Source: Actinomycetota bacterium (GTDB lineage Bacteria; Actinomycetota; UBA4738; JACQTL01). From it: 39,986 bases of DNA. Shown here one piece after another: positions 20,679 through 29,997 of the stretch. Each line of letters begins with the position of its first letter. Position 1 is the first letter of the stretch. The notes below the pieces were generated by a model. It was not told the origin of the DNA. It did not search any database and saw nothing but the letters and a program-made list of their open reading frames with translations. The position numbers were made by a program, and so were the translations under genes. Location of the stretch: the NCBI GenBank assembly GCA_046724795.1, contig JBKOXF010000101.1:1-39986 (forward strand). Direction: 5' to 3'.

Positions 20679-22916
20679 ATGCTTCGGAGGCTGGCGAGGT
20701 TCACGGTCCGGCGCCGACGCTGGGTCCTGGCGGGGTCGGCCCTGTTCGCGGTCCTGGCGGTGGTATTCGGGGGAAGCGTGGTGTCCGCGCTCAAGAGCGG
20801 CGGGTTCACCGATCGAGGGTCCCAGTCGATCAGGGCGGAGGAGCTCCAGAACCGGATCTTCCACACGAGCGACCCGAACATCGTGCTGCTCGTGACGGCG
20901 CGGCAGGGGACCGTCGACGACGACGCGGTGAAGGCTCAGGGCATCGAGCTCACTCGGCAGCTTTCCGGGCAGCCGGGCGTGTCGACCGCGTACTCATACT
21001 GGACGCTCGGTTCGCCGCCGCCGCTCCGAAGTGAGGACTCGCGGCAAGCCCTGGTCCTGGCGATCATCCGGGGCGCCGACGACCAGGTCCACGAGCGGGC
21101 CGCCGCGATCGTCGACCGGATGTCCGGTACCCGCGGGCCGGTCACCGTCGCCGTCGGTGGTCAGGGCGAGGTGTTCCGCGAGGTCGGGACCCAGGTGGAG
21201 AAGGACCTTCGCAAGGCCGAATCCATCACCTTCCCGGTGGTGCTCCTGCTGCTCGTGCTCGTGTTCGGAAGCGTCGTCGCCGCAGGGCTCCCGCTGGGGA
21301 TCGGCGCGCTCTCCGTCGTCGGAACACTCCTCATCCTGAAGATCATCGCCTCGCTCACCGACGTGTCGATCTACGCGCTGAACCTGACCACCGCGATGGG
21401 CATCGGGCTCGGCATCGACTACGCGTTGTTCATCGTGTCGAGGTTCCGGGAGGAGATGGGGAACGGGCGTGGCACCGAGGATGCGGTGGTCCGGAGCGTC
21501 GAGAGGGCCGGGCGAACGGTGCTGTTCAGCGCGCTGACCGTGGCCGTGTCGCTCGCGGCGCTGCTGGTGTTCCCGCTGTACTTTCTGCGTTCGTTCGCGT
21601 ACGCCGGGATCGCCGTCGTCGCGCTCGCCGCCCTCGCGGCCGTGATCTTCCTGCCTGCTGTGCTCGCGTCGCTCGGTCCGCGCGTTGACAAGTTCGTCCT
21701 GTGGCGGCACAAGCCCAAGCCGGTCGGCGAGGGGTTCTGGCACCGCTTGGCGACGTTCGTGATGCGCCGGCCCATCCCGGTGGCGACCGTCGTCATCGCG
21801 ATCCTGCTGATCCTGGGTGCGCCGTTCCTCGGCGTGAAGTTCGGCCAGCCCGACGACCGCGTGCTCCCGGCCAGCGCGCCGGCTCGGCAGGTCCAGGACG
21901 ACATCCGGACGAGCTTCGAGGATCGCGAGTCGACGCCGCTGGCGGTGGTCGCGCCGGACACCGGGCCCGCTCAGAGTTCCGACGACGCGAGATTCGCGAT
22001 CGCTCTGTCGCGAGTGCCCGGTGTGGCCCGCGTGGATGGGGCGACGGGCTCCTACGTCGACGGCCGACTGGTGCTCCTCGCGGATCCGGCGACGTCGGGA
22101 CGCTTCGTCGCACCGAACGCCACGTGGTACTCGGTTATCCCGTCGGTGGAACCCGTGTCGCCGGCGGGCGAGCAGCTCGTCCATGACATCCGCGCCGCGC
22201 CCGCCCCGTTCCACGTGCTGGTAGGCGGGATGTCGGCGGAGCTCGTCGACTCCAAACAGGCCATCTTCAGCCGCCTTCCGCTGGCCCTCGGGATCATCGC
22301 GGTCGTCACGTTCATCGTCCTGTTCCTGATGACGGGGAGCGTGGTCCTGCCGCTGAAGGCGCTGGCCCTCAACGTCCTCAGCCTGTCGGCGACGTTCGGC
22401 GCGATGGTGTTCATCTTCCAGGACGGGCATTTCTCGAACGTTCTGAACTTCACCCCGACGGGCACGCTGGATACCTCGAACCCGATCTTGATGTTCTGCA
22501 TCGCCTTCGGGTTGTCCATGGACTACGAGGTGTTCCTCCTGTCGCGAATCAAGGAGGAGCACGACCGGACGGGCGACAACGTGACCTCGGTCGCGATCGG
22601 TCTGGAGCGCACCGGCCGCATCGTCACGGCCGCCGCGGCGCTGCTGGCGATGGTGTTCATCGCGTTCAGCACGTCCCAGATCTCCTTCATCAAGATGTTC
22701 GGGATCGGGCTCGCGCTTGCGGTGATCATGGACGCGACGCTCATCCGCGGCCTGCTCGTGCCCGCGTTCATGCGGCTGATGGGCGGAGCCAACTGGTGGG
22801 CGCCCAAGCTGTTGCGACGGCTCCACGACCGCCTGGGCTTCCGGGAAGGCGAGGCCACCCGGGCACCTTCGTCGATCGCCCGCGATCGACCGATCGTGAC
22901 GGGGGACGTTGCATGA
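20679..22916 (+). CDS. MMPL-family (RND superfamily) membrane transporter
   Basis: Two 6-TM bundles separated by periplasmic loops. Motifs include GIDYALFIVSRFREE and GLSMDYEVFLLSRIKEEHD. Confidence 0.9.
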   Translation: MLRRLARFTVRRRRWVLAGSALFAVLAVVFGGSVVSALKSGGFTDRGSQSIRAEELQNRIFHTSDPNIVLLVTARQGTVDDDAVKAQGIELTRQLSGQPGVSTAYSYWTLGSPPPLRSEDSRQALVLAIIRGADDQVHERAAAIVDRMSGTRGPVTVAVGGQGEVFREVGTQVEKDLRKAESITFPVVLLLLVLVFGSVVAAGLPLGIGALSVVGTLLILKIIASLTDVSIYALNLTTAMGIGLGIDYALFIVSRFREEMGNGRGTEDAVVRSVERAGRTVLFSALTVAVSLAALLVFPLYFLRSFAYAGIAVVALAALAAVIFLPAVLASLGPRVDKFVLWRHKPKPVGEGFWHRLATFVMRRPIPVATVVIAILLILGAPFLGVKFGQPDDRVLPASAPARQVQDDIRTSFEDRESTPLAVVAPDTGPAQSSDDARFAIALSRVPGVARVDGATGSYVDGRLVLLADPATSGRFVAPNATWYSVIPSVEPVSPAGEQLVHDIRAAPAPFHVLVGGMSAELVDSKQAIFSRLPLALGIIAVVTFIVLFLMTGSVVLPLKALALNVLSLSATFGAMVFIFQDGHFSNVLNFTPTGTLDTSNPILMFCIAFGLSMDYEVFLLSRIKEEHDRTGDNVTSVAIGLERTGRIVTAAAALLAMVFIAFSTSQISFIKMFGIGLALAVIMDATLIRGLLVPAFMRLMGGANWWAPKLLRRLHDRLGFREGEATRAPSSIARDRPIVTGDVA

Positions 22917-23542
22917 GCGCGGTCCGCGAGAAGCGCCGGCGCGCTCCTCGAGGCCAGGGCGAGCGGCTGCGCGAGGAGATCCTGGACGCTGCTGAGCGGC
23001 TGCTGGTGCAGACGGGCGACGAGGAGGCCGTGTCGATCCGGGCGGTGGCCGATGCCGTGGGCGTCACGCCGCCGTCGATCTACCTCCACTTCTCGGACAA
23101 GAACGAGCTGATGTTCGCGGTGTGCGAGCGGCAGTTCGAGCGCCTCGACCGGGTGCTGGAGGAGGCAGCGGCGAGCGAGGAGGGTCCGCTCGACTCGCTC
23201 CGCGCTCGCGGCCGAGCCTATGTCCGGTTCGGCGTCGAGAGCCCGGAGCACTACCGGATCCTGTTCATGGGCAAGGCGGGGAACTCGCCCGCCGACCTCG
23301 ACCCGGAACGTCTGGCGACCATGGCGTCCTTCGACCATCTCGTCGACGCGGTGAAGGCCTGCATGGACGCCGGGCGGCTGCCGCCGGGCGACCAGACCCT
23401 GGTGGCGCTGGGGCTGTGGGCCGTGGTCCACGGCATCACGTCGCTGATGATCTCGAAGCCGGACTTCCCGTGGCCCGACCGCGACGCGTTCGTCGACTAC
23501 CTGTGTGAGATGCAAATCCGGGGTCTGGGCGGGCTCGCCTAA
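22913..23542 (+). CDS. TetR/AcrR-family transcriptional regulator
   Basis: The HTH is RLREEILDAAERLLVQTGDEEAVSIRAVADAVGVTPPSIYLHFSDK. The start overlaps the mmpL stop as ATGA. Confidence 0.9.
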   Translation: MSAVREKRRRAPRGQGERLREEILDAAERLLVQTGDEEAVSIRAVADAVGVTPPSIYLHFSDKNELMFAVCERQFERLDRVLEEAAASEEGPLDSLRARGRAYVRFGVESPEHYRILFMGKAGNSPADLDPERLATMASFDHLVDAVKACMDAGRLPPGDQTLVALGLWAVVHGITSLMISKPDFPWPDRDAFVDYLCEMQIRGLGGLA

Positions 23543-23551
23543 GCTACGCGC

Positions 23552-24043
23552 GTGACGGACCCGGACTGGCCGCTCGTCCGCGGCGCGCAGCTCGACCACG
23601 TCGCGATCGCCGTGCACGACGCCGCCGCCACCGCGAAGCTCTTCCGCGACGTGATGGGCGCCGAGTTCCTGTTCTTCGGCGACAACGTGGGGCAAGGGTT
23701 CCGGTTCGTGCAGTACGGCTTCCCGTTCGGGGGCCGCGTCGAGCTGGTGACTCCGATCTCGGAAGGGTTCGTCTCGAGGTTCCTGGAGAAACGGGGCGAG
23801 GGCGTCCACCACATGACCTTCAAGGTCACGGACCTCGGCCGGCAGGTGGAGCGCCTCCGGTCGGGCGGCGTGGAGCTCATCCAGGTGAACCTGGAGGACC
23901 CGAACTGGAAGGAGGCGTTCATCCACCCGAAGAACGCCCACGGCGTGCTGATCCAGATCGCCGAGTCCTCGTTCCGCCGCGCCGACGCCGCCGAGCACGT
24001 CCGCGAGATGTTCTCGCGCGCATCGGAGCTCGGTCTGGCCTGA
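23552..24043 (+). CDS. VOC (glyoxalase/bleomycin-resistance/dioxygenase) family protein
   Basis: LDHVAIAVHD...GEGVHHMTFKV...IHPKNAHGVLIQI resembles methylmalonyl-CoA-epimerase-like VOC folds. Confidence 0.75.
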   Translation: MTDPDWPLVRGAQLDHVAIAVHDAAATAKLFRDVMGAEFLFFGDNVGQGFRFVQYGFPFGGRVELVTPISEGFVSRFLEKRGEGVHHMTFKVTDLGRQVERLRSGGVELIQVNLEDPNWKEAFIHPKNAHGVLIQIAESSFRRADAAEHVREMFSRASELGLA

Positions 24044-24170
24044 GCGCGCCGGGCCTCCAGCGGCTCGAGCCCATCCAAGTTGGGGAGTTCCCTGGAATCG
24101 GAGTATCCGGGCCGATAGGGTGCGGCCGGTGGGTTGCGCGGGGGGGAAACTGTCGTTCGTCCGTGAGGCC

Positions 24171-25193
24171 ATGCCGGGCTGGGGCTGGATCCGGCCGACC
24201 GTGGCTGCGGTCATGGCGAGTACGCTGCTCGCGCTCGCCTTCATCGACCCGGCCGGGCTGCCCGCCCGGGGACCGCTGGCGCACGGGGCCCGCAGTGCCA
24301 CCCTGGCCGGGCCGCCAGGCGGGCTTCCAGAGCCCACCGCGAGGGCGCCCGTCCAGACCGCGACGGGGGCGCCTGGGGTCTCGCTGTTCCAGAGCCTGGG
24401 GTCGTGGGTGGACATCTACGAACACGCGTCCTTCCGCGACCCGGAGCGAGCCGTGCGGCGCATGGCCAACCACGGCGTCCGCACGCTGTACCTCGAGACG
24501 TCGAACTTCAATCGGAAGGTGGCCATCAAGTGGCCCGGGCGCGAGCGGAGGTTCATCCGCGCTGCCCACGCCGAGGGGATGCGGATCGTGGCGTGGTACC
24601 TGCCGGGGTTCCTGAGTGTCCGCACGGACTTCCACCGGGTCATGGCGGCCATCCGATTCATGACCGGGGACGGCCAGCGTTTCGACGGGTTCGCGCTCGA
24701 CATCGAATCCCCGGCCGTGCACCGTCCGGCCGTCCGGACCAAGCGTCTGGTCGCGCTCTCGGAGCGGATCCGATCGGTCGTCGGGCCCGACTATCCGCTC
24801 GGGGCGATCATCCCGACCCCGCTCGGCATGAAGCAGAACCCGTCCTACTGGCCCGGGTTCCCCTATCGCCGGCTCCACGCCCTCTACCGGGCCTTCCTTC
24901 CCATGACGTACTTCACGTGGCGTGTGAGCGGTGGGCGCGGCGCGTACCGGTACACGGCCGCGTGCGTCGACATCATCCGGAGCGAGACCGAGGATCCGGC
25001 GGTGCCGATCCACGTCATCGGGGGCATCTCGGACGATTCGACCATTCCCGAGGCGCGAGGGTTCGTGCGCGCCGTGCGTGGACGGCACGTAACGGGGGCC
25101 AGCTACTACGCCTTCCACGGGACATCGAACGCGCTGTGGGAGGTCCTGCAGAGCGTCGTTCCGCTCCCCCTGTCGGCCGACTCCACCGGGTAG
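24171..25193 (+). CDS. Secreted or anchored hypothetical protein, possibly a glycoside-hydrolase-like TIM barrel
   Basis: An N-terminal hydrophobic signal or anchor follows ATG 24171. GVRTLYLETSNF...MRIVAWYLPGF...FDGFALDIES recalls GHL10/DUF4015-type proteins, but the family call is weak. Confidence 0.5.
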   Translation: MPGWGWIRPTVAAVMASTLLALAFIDPAGLPARGPLAHGARSATLAGPPGGLPEPTARAPVQTATGAPGVSLFQSLGSWVDIYEHASFRDPERAVRRMANHGVRTLYLETSNFNRKVAIKWPGRERRFIRAAHAEGMRIVAWYLPGFLSVRTDFHRVMAAIRFMTGDGQRFDGFALDIESPAVHRPAVRTKRLVALSERIRSVVGPDYPLGAIIPTPLGMKQNPSYWPGFPYRRLHALYRAFLPMTYFTWRVSGGRGAYRYTAACVDIIRSETEDPAVPIHVIGGISDDSTIPEARGFVRAVRGRHVTGASYYAFHGTSNALWEVLQSVVPLPLSADSTG

Positions 25194-25226
25194 CCTCGGG
25201 GGAGCGAGATCCAGGCCTTTTGGGGG

Positions 25227-25255
25227 TTGCGCTCTCCCCCTGGAAGCCTCACAAT
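25227..25255 (+). promoter_or_regulatory. Candidate promoter for the aromatic leader and DAHP synthase
   Basis: TTGCGC (25227-25232), a 17-nt spacer and CACAAT (25250-25255). The leader ATG is 9 nt downstream, so the 5' UTR would be very short. Confidence 0.35.
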
Positions 25256-25264
25256 CCGCGGACG

Positions 25265-25318
25265 ATGCGGTCGTTCTATGGCTATTGGTGGTTTACCGAC
25301 GGGCGTCGCCCGGCGTAA
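25265..25318 (+). CDS. Aromatic-rich leader peptide sORF (MRSFYGYWWFTDGRRPA)
   Basis: Reads ATG CGG TCG TTC TAT GGC TAT TGG TGG TTT ACC GAC GGG CGT CGC CCG GCG TAA. Six of seven consecutive codons are Phe/Tyr/Trp. The sORF lies ~100 nt upstream of DAHP synthase and is followed by a terminator. Confidence 0.6.
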   Translation: MRSFYGYWWFTDGRRPA

Positions 25319-25349
25319 CCTCCTGCGGCCAAGAGCAAGACCACACGAG

Positions 25350-25385
25350 GACCCCGGGTGACGGCCCCGGGGTCTTTGCTTTTCC
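25350..25385 (+). terminator. Intrinsic terminator of the aromatic attenuator
   Basis: GACCCCGGG-tgacggc-CCCGGGGTC forms a 9-bp GC stem and is followed by TTTGCTTTTCC. It sits 32 nt after the leader stop and 36 nt before the DAHP synthase start. Confidence 0.75.
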
Positions 25386-25420
25386 GGCCTCGGGACCCGC
25401 TCCCCGCCGAGTAGGAGGTC

Positions 25421-26440
25421 GTGATGGTGGTCGTGATGAAGAGCAGCGCCACGGACGCCGATATCGAGGGGGTCGTGGACAAGGTCAGGGAGGCCTCGGG
25501 CGAGGCGTTCGTTTCGCGCGGCAAGACCAGGACGATCATCGGGCTGGTCGGGGACACCGCCGCCTTCATGGCCATGCCCCTGGAAACGCTCCCCGGCGTC
25601 GAGCACGTCATCCAGGTGGGGAAGGCCTACAAGCTCGTGGCCCGCGAGACGCATCCCCACCCCTCGATGGTGAAGATCGGCCCGGCCGCGGTGGGCCGGG
25701 AGCAGTTCTCGGTCATCGCCGGGCCCTGCGCGATCGAGAGCGCGGACCAGTCGCTCGAGTCGGCCCGGGCCGCCAAGGCGGCCGGCGCGACCATCCTCCG
25801 CGGCGACGCATACAAGGCCCGGACCTCGCCGTACTCGTTCCAGGGGACCACGAAGATCGGGCTGGAGATCCTGGCGGCGTGTCGGGCCGAGACCGGGCTT
25901 CCGGTGGTGACCGAGGTGATGGAGCCGGGTGACGTCGATCACGTCGCCGACGTCGCGGATGCGCTGAAGGTCGGCGCGCGCAACATGCAGAACTTCTCGC
26001 TGCTGAAAGAGGTGGGGCGAAGCGGCAAGCCGGTGATGTTGAAGCGCGGTCTGTCCGCGACGGTGGAGGAGTGGCTGATGGCCGCCGAGTACATCGCGCA
26101 GCAGGGGAACACCGACATCGTGCTGTGCGAGCGGGGGATCCGGACGTTCGAGCCGGCGACGCGAAACACGCTCGACCTGTCGGGGATGGTCGTGGCCCAG
26201 CAGGAGACGCACCTGCCGGTGATCGTCGACCCGTCCCACGCCACCGGCCGGCACGAACTGGTCGCGCCGATGTCGAAGGCTGCGCTCGCGGCGGGCGCCG
26301 ACGGCGTGATGATCGACGTGCACCCGCATCCCACCGACGCGTTGTGCGACGGGCCTCAGGCGCTCCAGCCCGACGAGCTCATGACGTTGACCGCCGAGCT
26401 CGGCGCGCTGGCCCAGGCGTTGGGACGCCCGCTGGCGTAG
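25421..26440 (+). CDS. 3-deoxy-7-phosphoheptulonate (DAHP) synthase, type I-beta, with an N-terminal ferredoxin-like regulatory domain
   Basis: The ~70-aa N-terminal domain VVMKSSATDADIEGVVDKV... is followed by VIAGPCAIES...LRGDAYKARTSPYSFQG...LKVGARNMQNF...MLKRG...LCERGIRTFE...VDPSHATG. The RBS GTAGGAGG lies upstream. Confidence 0.9.
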   Translation: MMVVVMKSSATDADIEGVVDKVREASGEAFVSRGKTRTIIGLVGDTAAFMAMPLETLPGVEHVIQVGKAYKLVARETHPHPSMVKIGPAAVGREQFSVIAGPCAIESADQSLESARAAKAAGATILRGDAYKARTSPYSFQGTTKIGLEILAACRAETGLPVVTEVMEPGDVDHVADVADALKVGARNMQNFSLLKEVGRSGKPVMLKRGLSATVEEWLMAAEYIAQQGNTDIVLCERGIRTFEPATRNTLDLSGMVVAQQETHLPVIVDPSHATGRHELVAPMSKAALAAGADGVMIDVHPHPTDALCDGPQALQPDELMTLTAELGALAQALGRPLA

Positions 26441-26441
26441 C

Positions 26442-27221
26442 TCAGGCGACGACGGGCGTGAGCTCGGCGATGTAGGCCGAGTCGCGCCAGCGCTCGATGG
26501 ACTCCTCGGGCGGGCCGAACCGGCTGCGCCGCCGATCCGCCAACAGGGCCGCGGCCTTCTCCCACTCGTCGCCTTCGAGAACGCGCACCGCGGCGTGGAA
26601 TCGGTCGAGCGACGTGTCGCGCCCTTTGCGTCTCGTCACCACGACCATGTCCTGCGCCTCCGGGATGCCTGGGACGACCTGCTCCTCCGGCGCGTCGGGA
26701 GCCTTCTTCCGCTGTGACAGCACGTAGATCTTCCCCTGCCGGTACACGAACCAGGCAGGGACGGTGTGGTCGCCGCCCTTGTTCTCCACCCCGATCCAGA
26801 TCACGTCCGAGCGCTTCAGGCCGTCTTCCACGGCCTTGGGCAGCGCGGCGCCCTCCTGCAACCACACCGGAACCTCGATCTCGCCCAGCAGGTAGCCGTC
26901 GAGGATGAAGGATCCGACGTACGTTCCGGTCTCCTCGAGCATCACGTCGGTGAACGTGTCCGCCTCCACCGTGAGGTCCATGGCGCCGAGCATCCGCCGG
27001 ACCTCGGGGCCCCACCGGAACGCGACGCGCCCCGATGGAGCGATCAGTCGGAATTCCTCGGCCACGAACCCGGTCGGGGCTTTCCAGGCCCTGTGGACCA
27101 CGAAGGGGAGGGTGCGCCCTGGGATGGCCACCAGATAGATGCCGGCCGGCGCGTCCGCACCCTGTGCCTGGTACACGCGGGCGTCGACGGCGTTTGCGAA
27201 GACGAGGTCACCCGTGGCCAT
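26442..27221 (-). CDS. Hypothetical two-domain protein
   Basis: Codon bias is consistent with the genome and there is no competing ORF. I did not recognise a motif, although the C-terminal half has a faintly split-barrel-like pattern. Confidence 0.55.
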   Translation of the reverse strand: MATGDLVFANAVDARVYQAQGADAPAGIYLVAIPGRTLPFVVHRAWKAPTGFVAEEFRLIAPSGRVAFRWGPEVRRMLGAMDLTVEADTFTDVMLEETGTYVGSFILDGYLLGEIEVPVWLQEGAALPKAVEDGLKRSDVIWIGVENKGGDHTVPAWFVYRQGKIYVLSQRKKAPDAPEEQVVPGIPEAQDMVVVTRRKGRDTSLDRFHAAVRVLEGDEWEKAAALLADRRRSRFGPPEESIERWRDSAYIAELTPVVA

Positions 27222-27315
27222 CGGCGCTGAAGGATACTTGCTTCAGATCGAGGGGTCCCCTGTCAGTGGTCGTCGAGGGGTCGACCGACCGCGCGCTGCC
27301 CCCTTGAGGTCCCCG

Positions 27316-28491
27316 TCAGACGATCCTGGCGAGCCAGAGGGTCGGCTCCTCGATCTCTGGCATCGAGGGGAGGGACTCGGCCGAATCCCACATCCGGGAC
27401 AGGGTGGCCTCGTCGGTCTGGTCGACCACCCGATCGCAGAACGCCTTGCCCTTCGCGTATTGCTCGCGCTTCATCTCGATCCCCAGGAGCCGCTCGAACA
27501 CCGTGTCGTTCTGGTCGTCCTCCCGGGCCCGCGAGGCCGCTTCCTCGATCTGGCTGTAGGACGAGAGCAGCTTGTGACCGAGGACATCGGTCACGTGGTC
27601 GCCGTAGCCCTCCGCGGCGGCCATGAACGCCTGGATCCGGGCCAGCTTGAGGCGTTGCTCGGGATCGCTCGACGCGCCGAAGAGACCCTCCTCGGACTGG
27701 AACATCCCCTGGATGGCCTCGGGATCGGATGGATCGAGCCGCTCCAGACGTTCGCGGAGTCCGGAGACGTCGATCTCGAGCGTCGACACGAAATCGAGGA
27801 TCAGCTCTCGGAGGTGGTCGTACGTCCACCCGCGGGCGAACTCGAACCGGTGCGTCACCTCGTGCAGCGCGACCCACGCGCGAAGTTCGACCGGGGGGAT
27901 GCTCCAGTCGCGTTCGAATTCCGCGATGTTCGGGATCACGAAGTACAGGCGGCTCGGTCCGGTACGCGGGAGCGCCACGTCGTACTGTCCGAGCGCGCGA
28001 GCGCCGAGCTGGCCGAGCACCACGCCGGCTTGCGCGCCGAGCAACAGCGGGGTCAGCTGGCCGAGCACGCCCTGCGCCATCTGCGCCGCTTCGGCAGGAG
28101 CGTCTTCGACCTGTGCCTTGGTGAATGCTTCCGCGACGCGAACCGCGGTCGGCTCGACGAGGTCCTTCAATCCCTGGATGGTGGCCTCGACCCACTGCGC
28201 GCGGCGGAGCGCTTCGACCCGAGCGACCTCCCCCGGTGGCGACAGTCCGGTGAGCTCCGCGACGTGGAGCTCCGTGGCCCGGACGGTGTCCTCGAGCCCC
28301 CGGCGGTCGTCCTCCGTGGGCGCCGGGTCATCCTTCCCCCATGCCGCGGTGGCGATGCCGACCTGTCGAGCGAGCTCCCAGTTGATCGGTCCCGCGCCCG
28401 TCATCAGGACGCGTTGGATCTCCCTGAACAGGGGCACGTCGTTGAAGATGCTTCCGAAGTCGGGGGGCTGCGGTGCGCCGGGATCGCTCAC
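27316..28491 (-). CDS. Zinc-dependent metalloprotease, DUF2342 family (F420-biosynthesis-associated type)
   Basis: The HExxH motif lies in WVALHEVTHRFEF. PINWELARQ near the N-terminus and the overall length are typical of DUF2342. Confidence 0.8.
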   Translation of the reverse strand: MSDPGAPQPPDFGSIFNDVPLFREIQRVLMTGAGPINWELARQVGIATAAWGKDDPAPTEDDRRGLEDTVRATELHVAELTGLSPPGEVARVEALRRAQWVEATIQGLKDLVEPTAVRVAEAFTKAQVEDAPAEAAQMAQGVLGQLTPLLLGAQAGVVLGQLGARALGQYDVALPRTGPSRLYFVIPNIAEFERDWSIPPVELRAWVALHEVTHRFEFARGWTYDHLRELILDFVSTLEIDVSGLRERLERLDPSDPEAIQGMFQSEEGLFGASSDPEQRLKLARIQAFMAAAEGYGDHVTDVLGHKLLSSYSQIEEAASRAREDDQNDTVFERLLGIEMKREQYAKGKAFCDRVVDQTDEATLSRMWDSAESLPSMPEIEEPTLWLARIV

Positions 28492-28554
28492 CTAGTCATT
28501 GTAGAAGCGCCTCCGCGAATCCCGACCGGGACGACCCTCATAGAATGGCTCCCC

Positions 28555-28980
28555 ATGGCCGAGACGATCCTCGTCCGGGTCGGGGCGTCGGCCCTGGACC
28601 CGCAGGAAGCGCTTGCCTTCGTCGCCGACGTCACCTCCGGTGGAACCTGCATGTTCCTGGGGACGGTCAGGGATCACTCCGACGCCGGCGAGGTGACCCG
28701 CCTCGACTACGAATCTTGGGACGAGCTCGCCGACCGCCGCCTCCGGGAGATCGCCGACGAGATGGCGTCGACCTGGCCGGTCCGTCGGGTTGCCCTGCTG
28801 CACCGCACCGGCCGGCTCGACCTCGGCGAGATCTCGGTGATCGTGGCGTGCTCCGCCCCGCACCGGGCCGAGGCGTTCGAGGCCTGCCGGCACGGCATCG
28901 AGCGCATCAAGCAGGACGTGCCGATCTGGAAGAAGGAGGAGCTCGCCTCCGGCGACGCGCAGTGGGTGATGGGGAGCTGA
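28555..28980 (+). CDS. moaE: Molybdopterin synthase catalytic subunit MoaE
   Basis: GGTCMFLGTVRDHS...ALLHRTGRLDLGEISVIVACSAPHRAEAFEACRHGIERIKQDVPIWKKE. Only the C-terminal 141 aa of the 613-aa track ORF is genuine. Confidence 0.88.
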   Translation: MAETILVRVGASALDPQEALAFVADVTSGGTCMFLGTVRDHSDAGEVTRLDYESWDELADRRLREIADEMASTWPVRRVALLHRTGRLDLGEISVIVACSAPHRAEAFEACRHGIERIKQDVPIWKKEELASGDAQWVMGS

Positions 28981-29990
28981 TGCGAAGGGATCTCGCCATC
29001 GATCTCGGCACCGCGAACACGCTCGTGTTCCGGGAGGGGGACGGCATCGTCTTCAACGAGCCGACCGTCATCGCCATGAACTCCCGGACGGCCGAGGTGC
29101 TCGCGATGGGCGAGGATGCGTGGGACATGATCGGGCGCACACCGGCGAACGTCGTCGCCGTTCGCCCACTCCGGCACGGTGCGATCACCGACTTCGACGT
29201 CACGCAGCGAATGATCCGCCTCATCCTCAAACGCGTCGGCATCAGCAGGCTGACCAGGCCGCGGGTGTTGGTATGCGTTCCGTCTGCGATCACGGAGGTC
29301 GAACGCCGCGCGGTCGAGGAGGCGGCGGGATCCGCCGGCGCGCGCGACGTCGCGCTCGTGGACGAGCCACTTGCCGCCGCGATCGGTGCCGGGCTCCCCA
29401 TCCACGAGCCCATCGGCAACCTCGTCGTGGACATCGGCGGCGGAACGTCCGAGATGGCGGTGATCTCGATGGGCGGCGTCGTGACCGGCAAGGCCCTGCG
29501 GATCGGCGGGTTCGAGATGGACGGCGCGATCCAGCAGCACATCCGTCGGGCGTACGGGATGGCCATCGGCGAACGGACCGCCGAGAGCATCAAGATGGCG
29601 GTCGGGTCGGCCTATCCCACGCCGGCGCCGGGGACGGTGGAGGTTCGGGGGCGGGAGATCGCGACCGGACTGCCCAAGAAGGTCGAAGTTGCGGAGGAGG
29701 AGATCCGAGAGGCCCTGTCCGAGGCGGTCCGCTTGATCGTGGACTCCACGAGGGAGTGCCTGGCCATCTCGCCGCCGGAGCTGGCCCACGACGTCCTCGA
29801 GACCGGGATGTTCCTGACCGGCGGCGGGAGCCTCCTGAAAGGCATCGACGTCCGGCTGGCCAGGGAGTGCGAGGTCCCGGTCCACCTCACCGAGCAACCT
29901 CTCGAAACGGTAGTCCTGGGAGCGGGGCGGATGCTCGAGAACCTCGACGAGTACAAGGACTCCTTCCTGTTCACCCGGCAGCGCCGATAA
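28980..29990 (+). CDS. mreB: Rod-shape-determining actin homologue MreB
   Basis: DLAIDLGTANTLVF...AVRPLRHGAITDF...VDIGGGTSEMAVIS...LTGGGSLLKGID. The ATG overlaps the moaE TGA (TGATG). Confidence 0.9.
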   Translation: MRRDLAIDLGTANTLVFREGDGIVFNEPTVIAMNSRTAEVLAMGEDAWDMIGRTPANVVAVRPLRHGAITDFDVTQRMIRLILKRVGISRLTRPRVLVCVPSAITEVERRAVEEAAGSAGARDVALVDEPLAAAIGAGLPIHEPIGNLVVDIGGGTSEMAVISMGGVVTGKALRIGGFEMDGAIQQHIRRAYGMAIGERTAESIKMAVGSAYPTPAPGTVEVRGREIATGLPKKVEVAEEEIREALSEAVRLIVDSTRECLAISPPELAHDVLETGMFLTGGGSLLKGIDVRLARECEVPVHLTEQPLETVVLGAGRMLENLDEYKDSFLFTRQRR

Positions 29991-29997
29991 CAGTCGC

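Noticed and set aside
27222-27315. Hairpins (CTGAAG-n8-CTTCAG and the GGGGTCCCC palindrome) as a structured regulatory RNA
   Set aside because: These are short GC palindromes between two same-strand genes. The simplest explanation is a terminator plus promoter spacer, and there is no sORF or conserved motif to support more.
27139-28554. N-terminal 472 aa of the 613-aa ORF that ends as MoaE
   Set aside because: This part is antisense to the DUF2342 metalloprotease. Only the last 141 aa (from ATG 28555) look like MoaE. The same trimming was applied to 28473..29990 (MreB starts at 28980), 16501..17736 (SCP2 starts at 17353), 16888..17748, 17792..18637, 14433..15035, 14759..15580, 22796..23542 and 36424..37122.
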